Positions 1-12,833 of a DNA stretch of 64,000 nucleotides are shown in pieces (position 1 is the first letter of the stretch; each line of letters begins with the position of its first letter). The stretch is from the human T2T-CHM13v2.0 reference genome, Homo sapiens: assembly GCF_009914755.1 (NCBI RefSeq), contig NC_060935.1; one strand, written 5' to 3'. A model generated the notes under the pieces. It did no database searches. It worked only from the letters and a program-made list of their open reading frames with translations, and was not told the origin of the DNA. A program made the position numbers and the translations under genes.

Positions 1-297
1 TGATATTAAGAGATGGGGCCTTTGGGAGGTGATGAGGTGGTAAGGGCGGAGCCCTCATGAATGAGGTTAGTGCCTTTATTAAAGAGGCTGTAGAGAGACC
101 CCTCTCCTTCTTCCACCCCATGAGGATGCAGCAAGAGGCACGTCTATGAGGCAGAGAGCAAGCCCTCACCAGACACTGAATCTGCCGACTCCTGGACCTT
201 GGACTTAGCCTCCACAGCTGTGAGAAATAAATTTCTATTACTTATAAATTACTCAGTCTAAGGTACTGTGTTATGGCAGCCAGAACAAACTAAGACA
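1..297 (+). mobile_element. ERVL-MaLR LTR (MLT1A-like), 5' end outside the window
   Basis: MLT1-type motifs: ggggcctttgggaggtgat, gccctcatgaatg, cctccacagctgtgagaaataaatttct and terminal ...aaactaagaca. Confidence 0.8.
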
Positions 298-1212
298 CCA
301 ACCATGAAGCTAATGGAAAAAAATCAGAATAGCAGAGACGAAGGAGAGGCTTTTTCTCCGGGTAAACTAAGTACAATTTAGTAGTGGCTTCTGGAAGACT
401 GCCACATTTGCTTTGTTTAATCCAAAGGAATAAGGCTATGTAGAAGGGAAGTAGCAGTGTGCTGGAGGAGATATTTTAGCAAATATAATCTTTCAGCTTT
501 CAAATCTCACTGTGTAGAATCATATCTCCATAATATTAATTCCTAGTAATGCTTATAAGCTAACAACAATTATGTCAATTTTTCCCATTTCAAGTCTCAT
601 GGGTCACAACATGCATCATGAATGAGCACATACTGGACCTCACATAATATGGTCCCCCTCCCCTTCAGCCCCATCCCTCTCCTCCCCCATCACTACCCAG
701 CTGGAACACTTGCAGCTTTTTCTGACCTCAAGATACTCAGAAATTTTGTCCCTGGTAAGGCTCCCTCCATATCTCATCTCCTCACTGTCTCCTGCTGATT
801 CTTCCCATCTCCCCTTAAATTTTGTTTCCTGAGGAAAACTTATTGACCCCCAACCCCAGACTAGATCAGGACTCCGAAGAAGTTCTTTTCTTTTAGAGCA
901 TTTACTACAATTATGAATATGTAAAAGAGTGAAATTGGAGTAATACACTGGAAAGTAGAAAATAATGAATTTTTGTTTTTGAACAAATACATATTGAGGA
1001 CTTACTATGTACCAGGTATTGTATTAGATACTAGGAATATTGTGGAGAAAGAGGCAGACCCCTTCATCTCACTTTAATCACCCTTTCTTGAGGATATCTC
1101 CTGAGTCTTATCACCATCTAGAACAATATCTAATACAAATATGCCAGCATAGAACATCCCTTCTCAAGATCTTTCATGCCCCCTCACTCTCATCTAATTT
1201 AAGCTCCAGACT

Positions 1213-1377
1213 CTTTTTTTTTTTCTTTTAGAGACAGGGTCTCACTCTGTTACCCAGGCTGTAGTATAGTGGCATAATCCTAGCTTACTATAGCCTCGAA
1301 CTCCTGGGCTCAAGTGATCCTCCTGCCTCAGCTTCTTGAGCAGCTAGGACTACAGGCATGCACCAACATGCTTGGCT
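1213..1377 (-). mobile_element. Alu monomer (FRAM/FLAM-like)
   Basis: polyT then gagacagggtctcactctgttacccaggct...ggactacaggcatgcacc; ctccagac on both sides as a possible TSD. Confidence 0.85.
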
Positions 1378-1712
1378 CACTCCAGACCTTTGAGCCTACC
1401 ATCCCTCCACCCTCATCGAAAGCCTCCTATTCCTCCATCCTCACACTCCCTGCAGATATCTGCTTCCTACCTCACAGAGGAAATAGATGTCAAGGTTAAA
1501 CTTCCGGCACTGTGCACTACCCACTTAACCAGCAAGCAAAGCTACCCTTGCTTCCTTCTCCCACCCATATCAGAGTAAAGGAGGGGTCTACCCCTGACTA
1601 AAGAGTCTCTTCTGTTGTAGATTCCCTTGTCCTCTGTAGGTTATCTCTAATCACCTTTATTTCAAACTTTCTGTCTTCTGGCTCTTTCCAGAAATGCTTA
1701 ACTCTACCAGTT

Positions 1713-1715
<3 letters not shown>

Positions 1716-1761
<46 letters not shown>

Positions 1762-1770
1762 ATACACACT
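1716..1770. repeat. (CA)n microsatellite
   Basis: About 20 perfect CA units followed by a degenerate tail. Confidence 0.97.
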
Positions 1771-2185
1771 CACCACCAAACTTCTCTTGACTCTACATCC
1801 TCTTCTATCTTCATTCCTTCACAGACACATTTTTTGAAAGAACGATCTACACTCATTTTTCTTCATCACTTCCCACTCTAGCTTGGCTTCCGCCCCCAGT
1901 ACTCTGAAACCCTCTGCAAAGATCATCAATTATCTCTTTGTCAGTAAATCCAGTGAATTCCTTTCAATCTTCATCTTGCTTGACATCTTTTCAGAGACTG
2001 AAAGTACTCCTTCCACCTTGAAATTCTCATTTAAGGTCTCTTTTCCCTAGATTTGAAGGTATTTTTCCCTCTTTATCCATTCTCCTTGTTTACCTGGTCT
2101 CTACTCTTTGGTGGGGAGGGAATGCTTCTCTTTATTTGCCCACTCCTGTGGTGCTGAATAAATACTGTAGGATTTTGCCTTCTCC

Positions 2186-2350
2186 TTTTTTTTAAATTTT
2201 CTTTAAGAGATGAGGTCTCGCTACGTCACCCAGACTGGAGTGCAGTAGCATGATCATAGACCATTGCTGCCTTGAACTCCTCGTCTCAAGTGACCCTCCC
2301 ACTTCAGCCTCCCGAGTAGCTGGAACTACAGATATGCGCCACCAAGCCCA
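2186..2350 (-). mobile_element. Alu monomer (FRAM/FAM-like)
   Basis: gagatgaggtctcgctacgtcacccagactggagtgcagt...cctcccgagtagctggaactacag. Confidence 0.85.
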
Positions 2351-3274
2351 GACTCCTTCACTCTTTATACTCCCATTGAATGACACCACTCACATCCTTG
2401 ACTTCAACTATCAGTACTACCAATCTCTCTATTTTCACCCTAGATTTCTCCTCTGAGCCCCAGAATTATGTATCCAGAGCCCATAAATGGCAATGCAAAC
2501 ATTTGACTCCTACCACAATTCATTTGGCTCCAGCATACAGACATAATATGTATTGATTTCTGCAAGTTATTTAACAGTCTTTTATTACATCCTTATATAT
2601 ATTAGGCTGTAATAATTAGAGGAATAAGGGCTAAATATCTAAATGAAATGGATTATATGCTCCCTGAGGGCTGGGACCATATTTTATCTACCTTTGTATG
2701 TTCAGTGCCCAGCAGAGTGAATGGCATGTGGTAAACTCTCAGTAACTGATTGCATCTGTTCACTCCAGTCAACAACCTGGGAGCAATCTTCAACATCTCC
2801 CTCCCTTCCATTCCTCACATCTTATCACTGGCACAGTTGGAATTTATCACTTCAGCAGTTTCCTACCCAGCTGCAACTTCAGAATTTCTCTACAGAGGGG
2901 TTTAGGAGCAGCCATCTGGCTGAAGGGACAGAGAAGGCCTCCCATGACCTGGTCTCAGGTGTCTTCCTGTTTTATCTATGGACACTGTCATTACTGAGTT
3001 TAGATGTTCACAACTGATGATAGTTACCTGACATACCATGTCTCTTCCTACTTTTGGGACCATTGCTCGTTCTGTTTCTTTCTCCTCAAATGCTCATCCA
3101 ATTTTTTTTCATCTGGCTCTTACTAGACCTTTATAATTCTTTTCAGCTTTCATCTTTTGGAAGCCTCCCCTGAAGACCCTTAAATTGAGCTGAGTGTGTC
3201 TCCTTTGAGCTCTCTGTCCAAATCTCTCATCTTAGCTCTCACCACATTACATTAAAATTGTTTGTGTGTCTACC

Positions 3275-3440
3275 TTCTTCACAACAATCCTCTGAGGTAG
3301 GCACTATTATTTAGCACTATTTAACAGCAATTCAAGCAAACAGAGGTTAAGTAATTTCCCCAAGGTCACCAGCTAGTAAGTAGCAGAGCCAAAGTTCACA
3401 CTTAAGCAGTTGGATTTTACAACTCCCTCTCTAAACCAAA
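3275..3440 (-). mobile_element. MIR SINE
   Basis: cacaacaatcctctgaggtagg...cagaggttaagtaatttccccaaggtcaccagctagtaag, the MIR core in antisense. Confidence 0.75.
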
Positions 3441-3740
3441 AAATTCTCAAGGGCAAGGACTGTGTCTGACTTATGTTTGTATGTGTCTACCACGATGGCT
3501 AGCACATGAATGCAATAAATGTCAAACTAAACAGCACTTGCTGAATTCTGCTAAAAAGTTTTGGAATTTCAAAAATTACTAAGATATGATCCTTACCCTA
3601 AAAGAAATTCATGATCTAATAGAGGTGGGAAGATTAGTAAAATACTCCAATAATAGGAATGAACTAAGGGGAAAGTAAGTGAGAGTTAAGTAGCTTACAC
3701 ATTGAATTATTGGTATTAGAAGGTCAAGATGCCTCTTTAA

Positions 3741-4037
<297 letters not shown>

Positions 4038-4111
4038 CCTCTTTAAAATCTTTTTCCAGAAGCATGAATATAGAATCTTCCTGTAACTCAGAGTTATATG
4101 AAAAACCAAAT

Positions 4112-4266
4112 CAGACACAGTGGCTCATGCCTGTAGTCCCAACTACTCAGGAGGCTGAGCCAGGTGAACTACTTGAGCCTAAGAGTTTGAGACCAGCCTG
4201 GACAACATAGCAAGACCTCGTCTCAAAAAATAAAAGTAAAAACAACAACAACAACAACAAAAAAAA
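4112..4266 (+). mobile_element. FLAM_C-like Alu monomer with (CAA)n tail
   Basis: cagtggctcatgcctgtagtccc...gaccagcctggacaacatagcaagacc then an A-rich tail. Confidence 0.85.
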
Positions 4267-4479
4267 TCAAATGAAGGTGGACCAATAAATTATGGAAGTT
4301 AAACTGGAAGATGTTTAGTGGCCAGGTCTAGGACTGCGGCCCAGACTTTGCCCTATTTACCAGTTTACCAATCCACAGTCATGAACCTACTATGAGCCAT
4401 ACATTTGTACTAGGAGTGACTCCAAGTACAATGACTCCAATAAAAATATAGAAAACATGTTGGTGGAATCTGTGGACAG

Positions 4480-4986
4480 CTTAGAAAACTAACAATTAGG
4501 TAATATGATAGGTGGCGAGCAAAGAATCAAAATGATTATTTTATCTGGAACAAGGAGTAAAATCAACAAGATGACATTTTAACTATCAGAATTTCCATTT
4601 ATATTTTTAAAAAATCAATTGCCTAAGAAAACTATAAGGGTGACTTAATACAATAATAATTGTTATTTTTAAAGACCCAAGGGTTTTAGTTCGCCTTGGT
4701 CTTAACTGTGGGATGTGGCTACTAAAACGACAACTAGCCCAATTTTTGGTTGAATTAATATGAACATGGAGTCCAGATCAAAGGAGCGACTGGTCAGTGG
4801 CCAGTATTCTGTACTGCTTAGACTACACCTGGGCTACTATGTTCAGTTTTTTGAACAGTATTTTAAGAGAGACATTGACAAACTAGTGTCTAGAGAAGCA
4901 CAAAAATAAGGGTAAAAATAGTCAGCTAGACAGTGAAGTTGGGAATCTTTTGCCTGGAAAACTGAAGAAAGAATATGAGAGAATGT

Positions 4987-5028
<42 letters not shown>

Positions 5029-5265
5029 AATGTCTTGCTCTAGAGAAAAGAACTAAAATCTATAGGCAGAAGTTAGAAGCAGATATGAAACCAATAATAA
5101 GGAAGTGCTTTCCATTGATGCCAACTGTCTCACAATAGATTGGGTTCCTGCATGAAGCAGTAAACCAAGGCTTAATGTCACCCATCAAATATTTAGAAAT
5201 TTATGTTTCAGATAGGAAGATGGACTCATATGATACTCTCTAAGATCCCTTTCAAACTTAAGGTC
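4480..5265 (+). mobile_element. L3/CR1 ancient LINE, 3' portion, containing a (TG)n at about 4984-5024
   Basis: CR1 ORF2-like motif ctgcttagactacacctgggctactatgttcagtt...agagagacattgacaaactag and 3' end ggactcatatgatactctctaagatccctttc. Confidence 0.7.
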
Positions 5266-5399
5266 CTAAGAAAAGTTGTCATCTGGGAGAAGATACAAAA
5301 ATTTTGAAATTATTTTTAAAAAATTAGAGAGTCACACATTTTTCATTTAGAGAAGATCCATCACAGCTAAAACCAAACTAGGGCATGGTTAGCTAAAGA

Positions 5400-5852
5400 C
5401 CTCCCTCTTAGTACTGGTTTTGCTGCATCCCATAAGTTCCGGCATGTTGTATTTTCATTTTCATTTGTCTCAGGATATTTTTTATTCCCCTCCCCACCTG
5501 CCTTTTTTGAGATGAGGTCTCACTATGTTGCCCAGACTGACCTTGAATTCCTGAGCTCAAGCAATCCTTCCACCTTGGCCTCCCAAGTAGCAAGGATTAC
5601 AGGCACATACCACACCTGGCTCTGGTTTCCCTTTTGATTTCTTCTTTGACCCATTGATTGTTCAGAAGTGTGTTATTTAATTTCCGTGTATTTGTGAATT
5701 TTTAAATTTTCCTTCTGCTGATTTCTAGTTTCATTCCTTTGTGGTCAGAAAAAATACTTGGCATGATTTCAGTCATCCTAAAATTTTTAAGACTCGTTTT
5801 GTTACCTAACATGTGATCTATCCTAGAGAATCTTCCATGTGTGCTTGAAAAA
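5400..5852 (-). mobile_element. L1 ORF2 endonuclease-region fragment (antisense) with a FLAM insert at about 5503-5620
   Basis: Minus-strand translation FFSSTHGRFSRIDHMLGNKTSL...EIMPSIFSDHKGMKLEI matches the L1 EN domain. Confidence 0.9.
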
Positions 5853-5857
5853 AAATG

Positions 5858-6985
5858 CATATTTATATGTAACCATAAAAGACTCTGAATAGCCAAACCA
5901 ATCTTGAGCAAGAAGAAAAAAGCTGGGAGCCTCACACTTCCTAATTTCAAAATATATTACAAAGCTACAGTAATTAAAACAGTATAGTACTGGCATAAAG
6001 ACAGAAATACAGACCAATGAAAAGAAATAGAAAGCCCAGAAATAAACTTCCACATATATGGTCAACTGATCTTCAACAAGAGTGCCAACCATACAAAATG
6101 AAGAAGGGATAGTCTCTTGAACAAATAGTGCTGTGAAAACTGGATATTCACATGCAAAAGAATGAAACTAGACCCTTACACTATATAGAAAATCAATTCA
6201 AAATGGATTAAAGACTTAAATGGATGAAAGGCTTTAAATTATAAAACACCTAGAAAAAAATGTAGGGGAAAATCTTCTTGATATTGGTCTTGGCAATGAT
6301 TTCTTGGATATGGAATCAAAAGTACAGGCAATGAAAGCAAAAATAGACAAGTGGGACCACATTAAACTAAAAAGCTTCTGCACAGCAAACAATCAACAGA
6401 GTGAAAAAGCAACTATGGAATTAGAGAAAAAGAAGTGCAAGCCATATATGTGATAAGAGCCTAATATCCAAAATATATAAAGAACTCCTACAACTCAATT
6501 GAAAAAAAAACAACAAATAACCTGATTTTAAAATGAGCAAAGGACTTGAATAGATATTTCTTCAAAGAAGATACACAATTGGCCACTAGGTATATGAAAA
6601 AGTGCTCAACATCACTAATCACCAGGGAAATGCAAATCAAAACCAAAATGAGATAGCATCTCACACCTGTTAGTGCGGCTATTATAAAAAAAAAAAAGAT
6701 AATGAGTGTTGGCAAGGATATAGAGAAATCAGAACTCTTGTATACTGTTAGTAGGAATGTAAATCAGTACAGCATTATGGAAATCAGTATGGAGGTTCCT
6801 CAAAAAATTAAAAATAGAACTACCATATGATCCATCAATCCCACTTCTGGGTATTTATCCAAAGGAGTTGAAATCAGGATCTTGGAGAGATATCTGCACT
6901 CCTATGTTCATTACAGCATTATTCACAATAACCAAGATATAGAAACAACCTAAATGTCTATCAATAGATGAATGGAAAGAAATAT

Positions 6986-7032
<47 letters not shown>

Positions 7033-7585
7033 AGAATATTATTCAGCCTTAAAAAAGAAGGGAATCCTGCCATATGAAACAACGTGGATGGACCTGAAAG
7101 ACATTATGCTAAATAAAATAAGCCAGTCACAGAAGGACAAATACTGCATGATCCCACTCACATGAGCTACCTAAAATAGTCAAACTAATAGAAACAGAAT
7201 AGAATGATGTTGCCTGGGGCTGGGGGGAAGGGAGAAATAGCAAGTTGTTTAATGGGTATAAAGCTTCAGTAATTCAAGATGAATAAGTTCTAGAGATCTA
7301 AACAACAAAGTGCCTATAGTTAATAATATTGTATCGTACACTAAAAAATTTAAGAGAGTAGATCTCAAGTGTTCTTACCAACCCCCACCCAGCCCCCCGC
7401 TCCTGGCACACAAACATGGGAGCAGTGGGGAGCTTTTGGAGGTAACGGATATATTTATTACTTTGATTGTAGTGATGGTTTGACAGGTGTATGCATATGT
7501 TCAAACTCATCAAATGGTATATATTAAATGTGTGCATCTCATTATATATTAAGTACACCTCAATAAAGCTATTTTAAAAATAAAA
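5858..7585 (+). mobile_element. L1MB-like LINE-1, ORF2 C-terminal region plus 3'UTR, with internal (CA)n at about 6990-7031
   Basis: ORF2 3' motifs (attacaaagctacagtaattaaaacagtatagtactggcataaagacaga), gatgaataagttctagagatct, terminal cctcaataaagct plus A tail. Confidence 0.9.
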
Positions 7586-7880
7586 GTACTAAAGAAAGTT
7601 TTCTTTAAATAACTTCAATCCTCTAGTTTATTTCCATAATGGTACCTTACATGTAGTGGCATCCACATGTTGATTAACCTGACTGATTGATGTTTGTTTC
7701 ATGAATAGCTGTACTTTATACTAATAAGAAGCCCTTGGAATGAGCACAGGTCAGTGATTTGGATTTTCTTGTGTACTTCTGTCTTTGTTAATATAAGAGG
7801 CAAAGTATTCATTCTAGCTTTGTAATCTACTTTTTCTAAGCAAAGTTGTCTAATAAAGATTTCATCAGTTTTTTATTTGA

Positions 7881-8141
<261 letters not shown>

Positions 8142-8544
8142 TGAAGTCTTCTTTCCTCACATTTCAGATCACTTTTTCATTACCTCTTTGCTAACTCGTC
8201 TCCTCATTCCACATATTTATTTATAATCCACTTTATTCTAAGTAGGTTATAGAATTAATTCTTAAGTCTCTCACTATCTTACTTAATTCTTTCTCTGTGT
8301 ACACCTTTTTACCTTTTAAAGTGTTCTGTTAACATTTTTTAACCAACTCAATGCTAAATATCATAGACTCACAGCATCAGCTGGGAATGCTGCATCTGAA
8401 AGCTCAAGCAAAAAGGAATTTGGTGACTAGAGTGCTTTCCCTCACTGATACTAAAACCAGAGACGGAAAAGAAAGATGGGGATTGTATGAAGCTCTCTTT
8501 CTTCTCCTTTTCCCTCTTATCTTTTATTCTTTTTTCCTGCGGAT

Positions 8545-8545
<1 letters not shown>

Positions 8546-8579
<34 letters not shown>

Positions 8580-8630
8580 GGAAAGAGAAAGAAGAGGAGA
8601 AAGAGGGAGAGAGGAAGAGAAAAGGAAAGC
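8546..8630. repeat. (TG)n microsatellite followed by a GA-rich tract
   Basis: About 16 TG units then a purine-only run. Confidence 0.95.
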
Positions 8631-9253
8631 AGGAGTTGGATAATATTAATAATTGCTAAAATGTATACAGCTATCATTTAATTGGAAACAAAAATACATA
8701 AGAGACAGGCAGGGTTGAAATAGGACAGGGATGAGTAGGTCTTTTGGATTAAGGAAAGAGTTGAATCACAGAATCCAAGATTGCAGTATTCTAAATTAGT
8801 CCACATATATGTATTTCTTCAGGGTTTCATTTACAGCCTACCAGTAACGCTGAGTAGCACGCCCACTGCATTTCCACATGAGTAAGGCTGATTTTTGGCA
8901 CAGCCCCTTCTGTCTCTTCCCTCTTTCTGGCCTCCTGTTCTCTAACTTGTAGACACCCAGCATGCTCACACTAACTCCAGCTTTCCAAAACCTTTTGGTA
9001 CTCTCTGTCCTCCCTTTTTCTTCTTTCCAGCCCCAAATCAATTCTTATTCCCAGACTGTGCAAGTAGGTGTTTGGCCTGGTTATCTAATTTAAATACTCA
9101 AATGAATCCATTTCCATTCAACAGGTATACTTTAAAGGATGAGGTTGTTCACTGTAGTGGGTCTCCCTGCATATTTTCTGGTTCTTGGTTAAGTGGCTTT
9201 TCATCAGATTCCCAAAGGAACCCACCCCCAGAACAATTAAAATACAATCATCT

Positions 9254-9556
<303 letters not shown>

Positions 9557-10019
9557 CTAAGTGGCAAAATGCACATGGGAACTATTTTTGAACTGGTATA
9601 CATATGTAGGTTCCTAGCCTAATTAGAATACCTCTCACTAGTTAGAGGACCACTCATACACCACTCCCATCAATTCAGAAATCTGATCAGCCTTACAGCT
9701 TTCCCCCATTTCTCCCCTCACTTTTGCAAACAACATACCTCATGGTAGAATAAGGTATTGCTTGGGGAGAGTGAAAAGCAGAAGCACAGGGAGCAGTGGA
9801 GGGCCCAAAAGCCATCTTGCACTAAAAAATATATATATATAAATTTTAAAATAAAATAATACACAATATATTAATTTTCATTAAAAAATTAAAACTACAG
9901 AAAAGTTGCAAGAACAGTACAACGATCTACCACATACCCTTTTACCTACCTTTTACCTATTTTATCAATTTAAAACTTTGCCACATTTGCCTTATCTGTG
10001 CTAAACTACTTGACAGTAA

Positions 10020-10307
<288 letters not shown>

Positions 10308-11067
10308 TAGTGTGTATCTCCTAATAACGGATACTCTCTCTTATAATCACAGTACAATTATAAAATTCAAGAAGTTTAACACTGAAACAGTATCTTATCT
10401 AATATGTAATCCATATTCAAATTTCAGTAGTTGTTCTGAAATATTCCTTTATAGCATGTTTTTTCAAGACCACATGTTGCCTTTAGTGCCATGCCTTTTT
10501 AAATCCCTTAAATCTAGAATGGTTCCTCAGCCTTTCTTTGACTTTCATGACACTGATGTTTTTTAAGGATACAGGTCAGTTGTTGAGTAGAATGTTTCTT
10601 AGTTTGCATCTTTCTGATGTTTCTAGATCATAATATGCATTTTTGACAGGAATACTACTTAAGAGATATTGTAACCTCAGTGCCTCACATCTGGAGGCAC
10701 ATCATGTCATTTTATCACATAATTGGTGACATTAACTTTGATCATTTGGTTAGGGTAGTGTCGGTCAGATTTCTCCACTGTAGAGGTACCCTTGTTAACC
10801 CTATATCATGAATAAGAAATCCAAAGACTGTGCAAATATCTTGTTCCCCAGCCAAATTTTATTCAATGATTTTAACATCTATTGATAATTGTCTGAATCC
10901 ATTATTACTGTAATGGCTGCCAAATGATTTGCTAATTGTCATTTCTTCTAACATATATTAGTTGGCATTCCACCGTCATTTCACTTCTCCCCTCTTTATT
11001 TTTCTGTTTAAAAGTAAGTATGCTCTACGATTCTTTTAAAAAATTCAATGTGTTAGAATCAATTTCT

Positions 11068-11372
11068 ATATTTATTTATTTATTTATTTATTTACTGAGA
11101 CAGAGTCTCGCTCTGTCGCCCAGGCTGGAGTGCAGTGGCACGATCTCGGCTCACTGCAACCTCTGCTTCCCTGGTTCAAGCAATTCTCCCTGCCTCAGCC
11201 TCCCGAGTAGCTGGGATTATAGGCGCCCACTACCACGCCCGGCTAATTTTTGCATTTTTAGTAGAGATGGGGTTTCACACAGGCTAGTCTTGAACTCCTG
11301 ACCTCAGGTGATCCACCCGCCTCAGCCTCCCAAAGTGCTGGGATTACAGGCGTAAGCCACTAAGCCCGGCCC
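11068..11372 (-). mobile_element. AluSx-like with (TTTA)n tail
   Basis: Full dimer, ctcctgacctcaggtgatcc. Confidence 0.93.
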
Positions 11373-12466
11373 ATTATTTATTCCTGATACTCAAACTGTC
11401 TCAGATTTGGTAAGGGGGGAGCACCTTCGAGCCATCTGCTTTCTTTTGACATATCTTCCTTGACATAGCCAAGAAATCTCCTTGCTTTAAGGAGCAGGAT
11501 CTTTCAAGGGCATTTTATACTTTCCCTGTCTCTGCCCTCGAATGAGCCATCTCGCCACGGAGTCTGGCTCCTTTAGGTGGAGAATGGTATTTAGAAACCA
11601 AGATATAAAGGCATATGATACATCTCAAAATAGTGAGGTGTCACTGTCCCTGTTTCCTTGAGTCACATTTGGAAGCGTGGTGTGATTTATAATCCTACCT
11701 CGACTATTGCCTGTGTGACCTAGGCAATTCCCTTTATTCCTTGAGGTCTTCTTCGTCCTTTGGGGAAAAAAATTGGATTAGAGAAATATTTCTAAACTTT
11801 TTTAGAGTCACCAACGCGTTTGGGAATCTGACAGAAGCTACGGGTCCATCTCCCCAGAGACATGCTCACACAAGCAAAAACTGGCCTGTGTTTTAGGGGG
11901 TTCCAAACTCTGAAGCTCACATGAGGCTCCAAATCTCTGGATTAAGTGATCTCCAAGATCTCTTCAGCGCTGACATTGACATTCTGTGAGTCTATAAGCG
12001 ACTGCACTGCTGTCAGAATGACTCCTCGGAGACATCAAAACGTGGAGGGTTTTATTATATATAGCAACGAGAAGAGAAAAGGACACAAAGAAAGGAGCCT
12101 GTGAGCAACGCATTGCTCAGCCACAGTTCTTTGCCGGTGCCAAATTTAGGACGCGCTGTACTTGTAGGTGAGAGGTTTTGGCGGGAAGGACCCCGGGTGG
12201 GCGGAGAACGCCGGGGCGGGGAAGGAGATCGCAGGCCGCATCCAGGTCTCTGCACCCCTCCGCACGGTCCGCCAGGGCTCGCTCTTGCCCTTCGCCTGGA
12301 AGGCCGAGGAACGGAGCGGGCCGAGCAGCGACCCCGCCCCTGGCAGCGGTGAGGCGGAGGGGCGAGGGGAGGGCGTCTGAGCCCGGAAGGAGCGCGCCGG
12401 CCAGGCTCGCGCCCCTCCCCGTGCGCCGTCCCCCACTCTCCAGCAGCCGACGTCGGCGGTGCTTCG

Positions 12467-12484
12467 GTCGCCATGGTGACCAAT
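12467..12484 (+). promoter_or_regulatory. RFX X-box-like palindrome abutting a CCAAT (NF-Y) box
   Basis: GTCGCCATGGTGAC (compare GTTGCCATGGCAAC) running directly into GACCAATCC. Confidence 0.6.
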
Positions 12485-12523
12485 CCAGGCTCGGGCCCAC
12501 CCCCGCCCCCCTGCCCCGGCCCC

Positions 12524-12543
12524 CTGACGTCGGCGCACGTCAG
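12524..12543. promoter_or_regulatory. Inverted pair of CRE/ATF sites
   Basis: CTGACGT-cggcgc-ACGTCAG; each arm carries a TGACG half-site. Confidence 0.65.
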
Positions 12544-12698
12544 CGGCGGCGCGCGCCTGGCTGGGCCCTGCGGAGCGGGAGGGAAGGAGCGAAGGAGCGA
12601 AGGAGCAAGCGGAGCGGCCGTCGCCCAAGCCAAGCCGCGCTGCCAACCCTCCCGCCCGCCCGCGCTCCTGTCCGCCGTGTCTAGCAGCGGGGCCCAGC

Positions 12699-12833
12699 AT
12701 GGTCATGGCGGATGGCCCGAGGCACTTGCAGCGCGGGCCGGTCCGGGTGGGGTTCTACGACATCGAGGGCACGCTGGGCAAGGGCAACTTCGCTGTGGTG
12801 AAGCTGGGGCGGCACCGGATCACCAAGACGGAG
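12699..12833 (+). CDS. SIK2: SIK2 coding exon 1 (aa 1-45)
   Basis: [45 protein letters not shown]; Gly-rich loop GKGNFAVV; Kozak cagcATGG; donor GAG|gtgcgg; 135 nt, phase 0. Confidence 0.98.

Larger units (their letters stand above)
1390..2500 (+). mobile_element. Degraded LINE-2 interrupted by (CA)n and an Alu monomer
   Basis: L2-like pyrimidine-rich motifs (ggcttccgcccccagtactctgaaac, aaatccagtgaattcctttcaatcttcatcttgcttgac, ttctcctctgagccccagaattatgtatcc). Confidence 0.6.

Noticed and set aside
5702-7165. ORFs with endonuclease/ORF2-like motifs
   Set aside because: Fragmented, frameshifted L1 fossil rather than a functional gene
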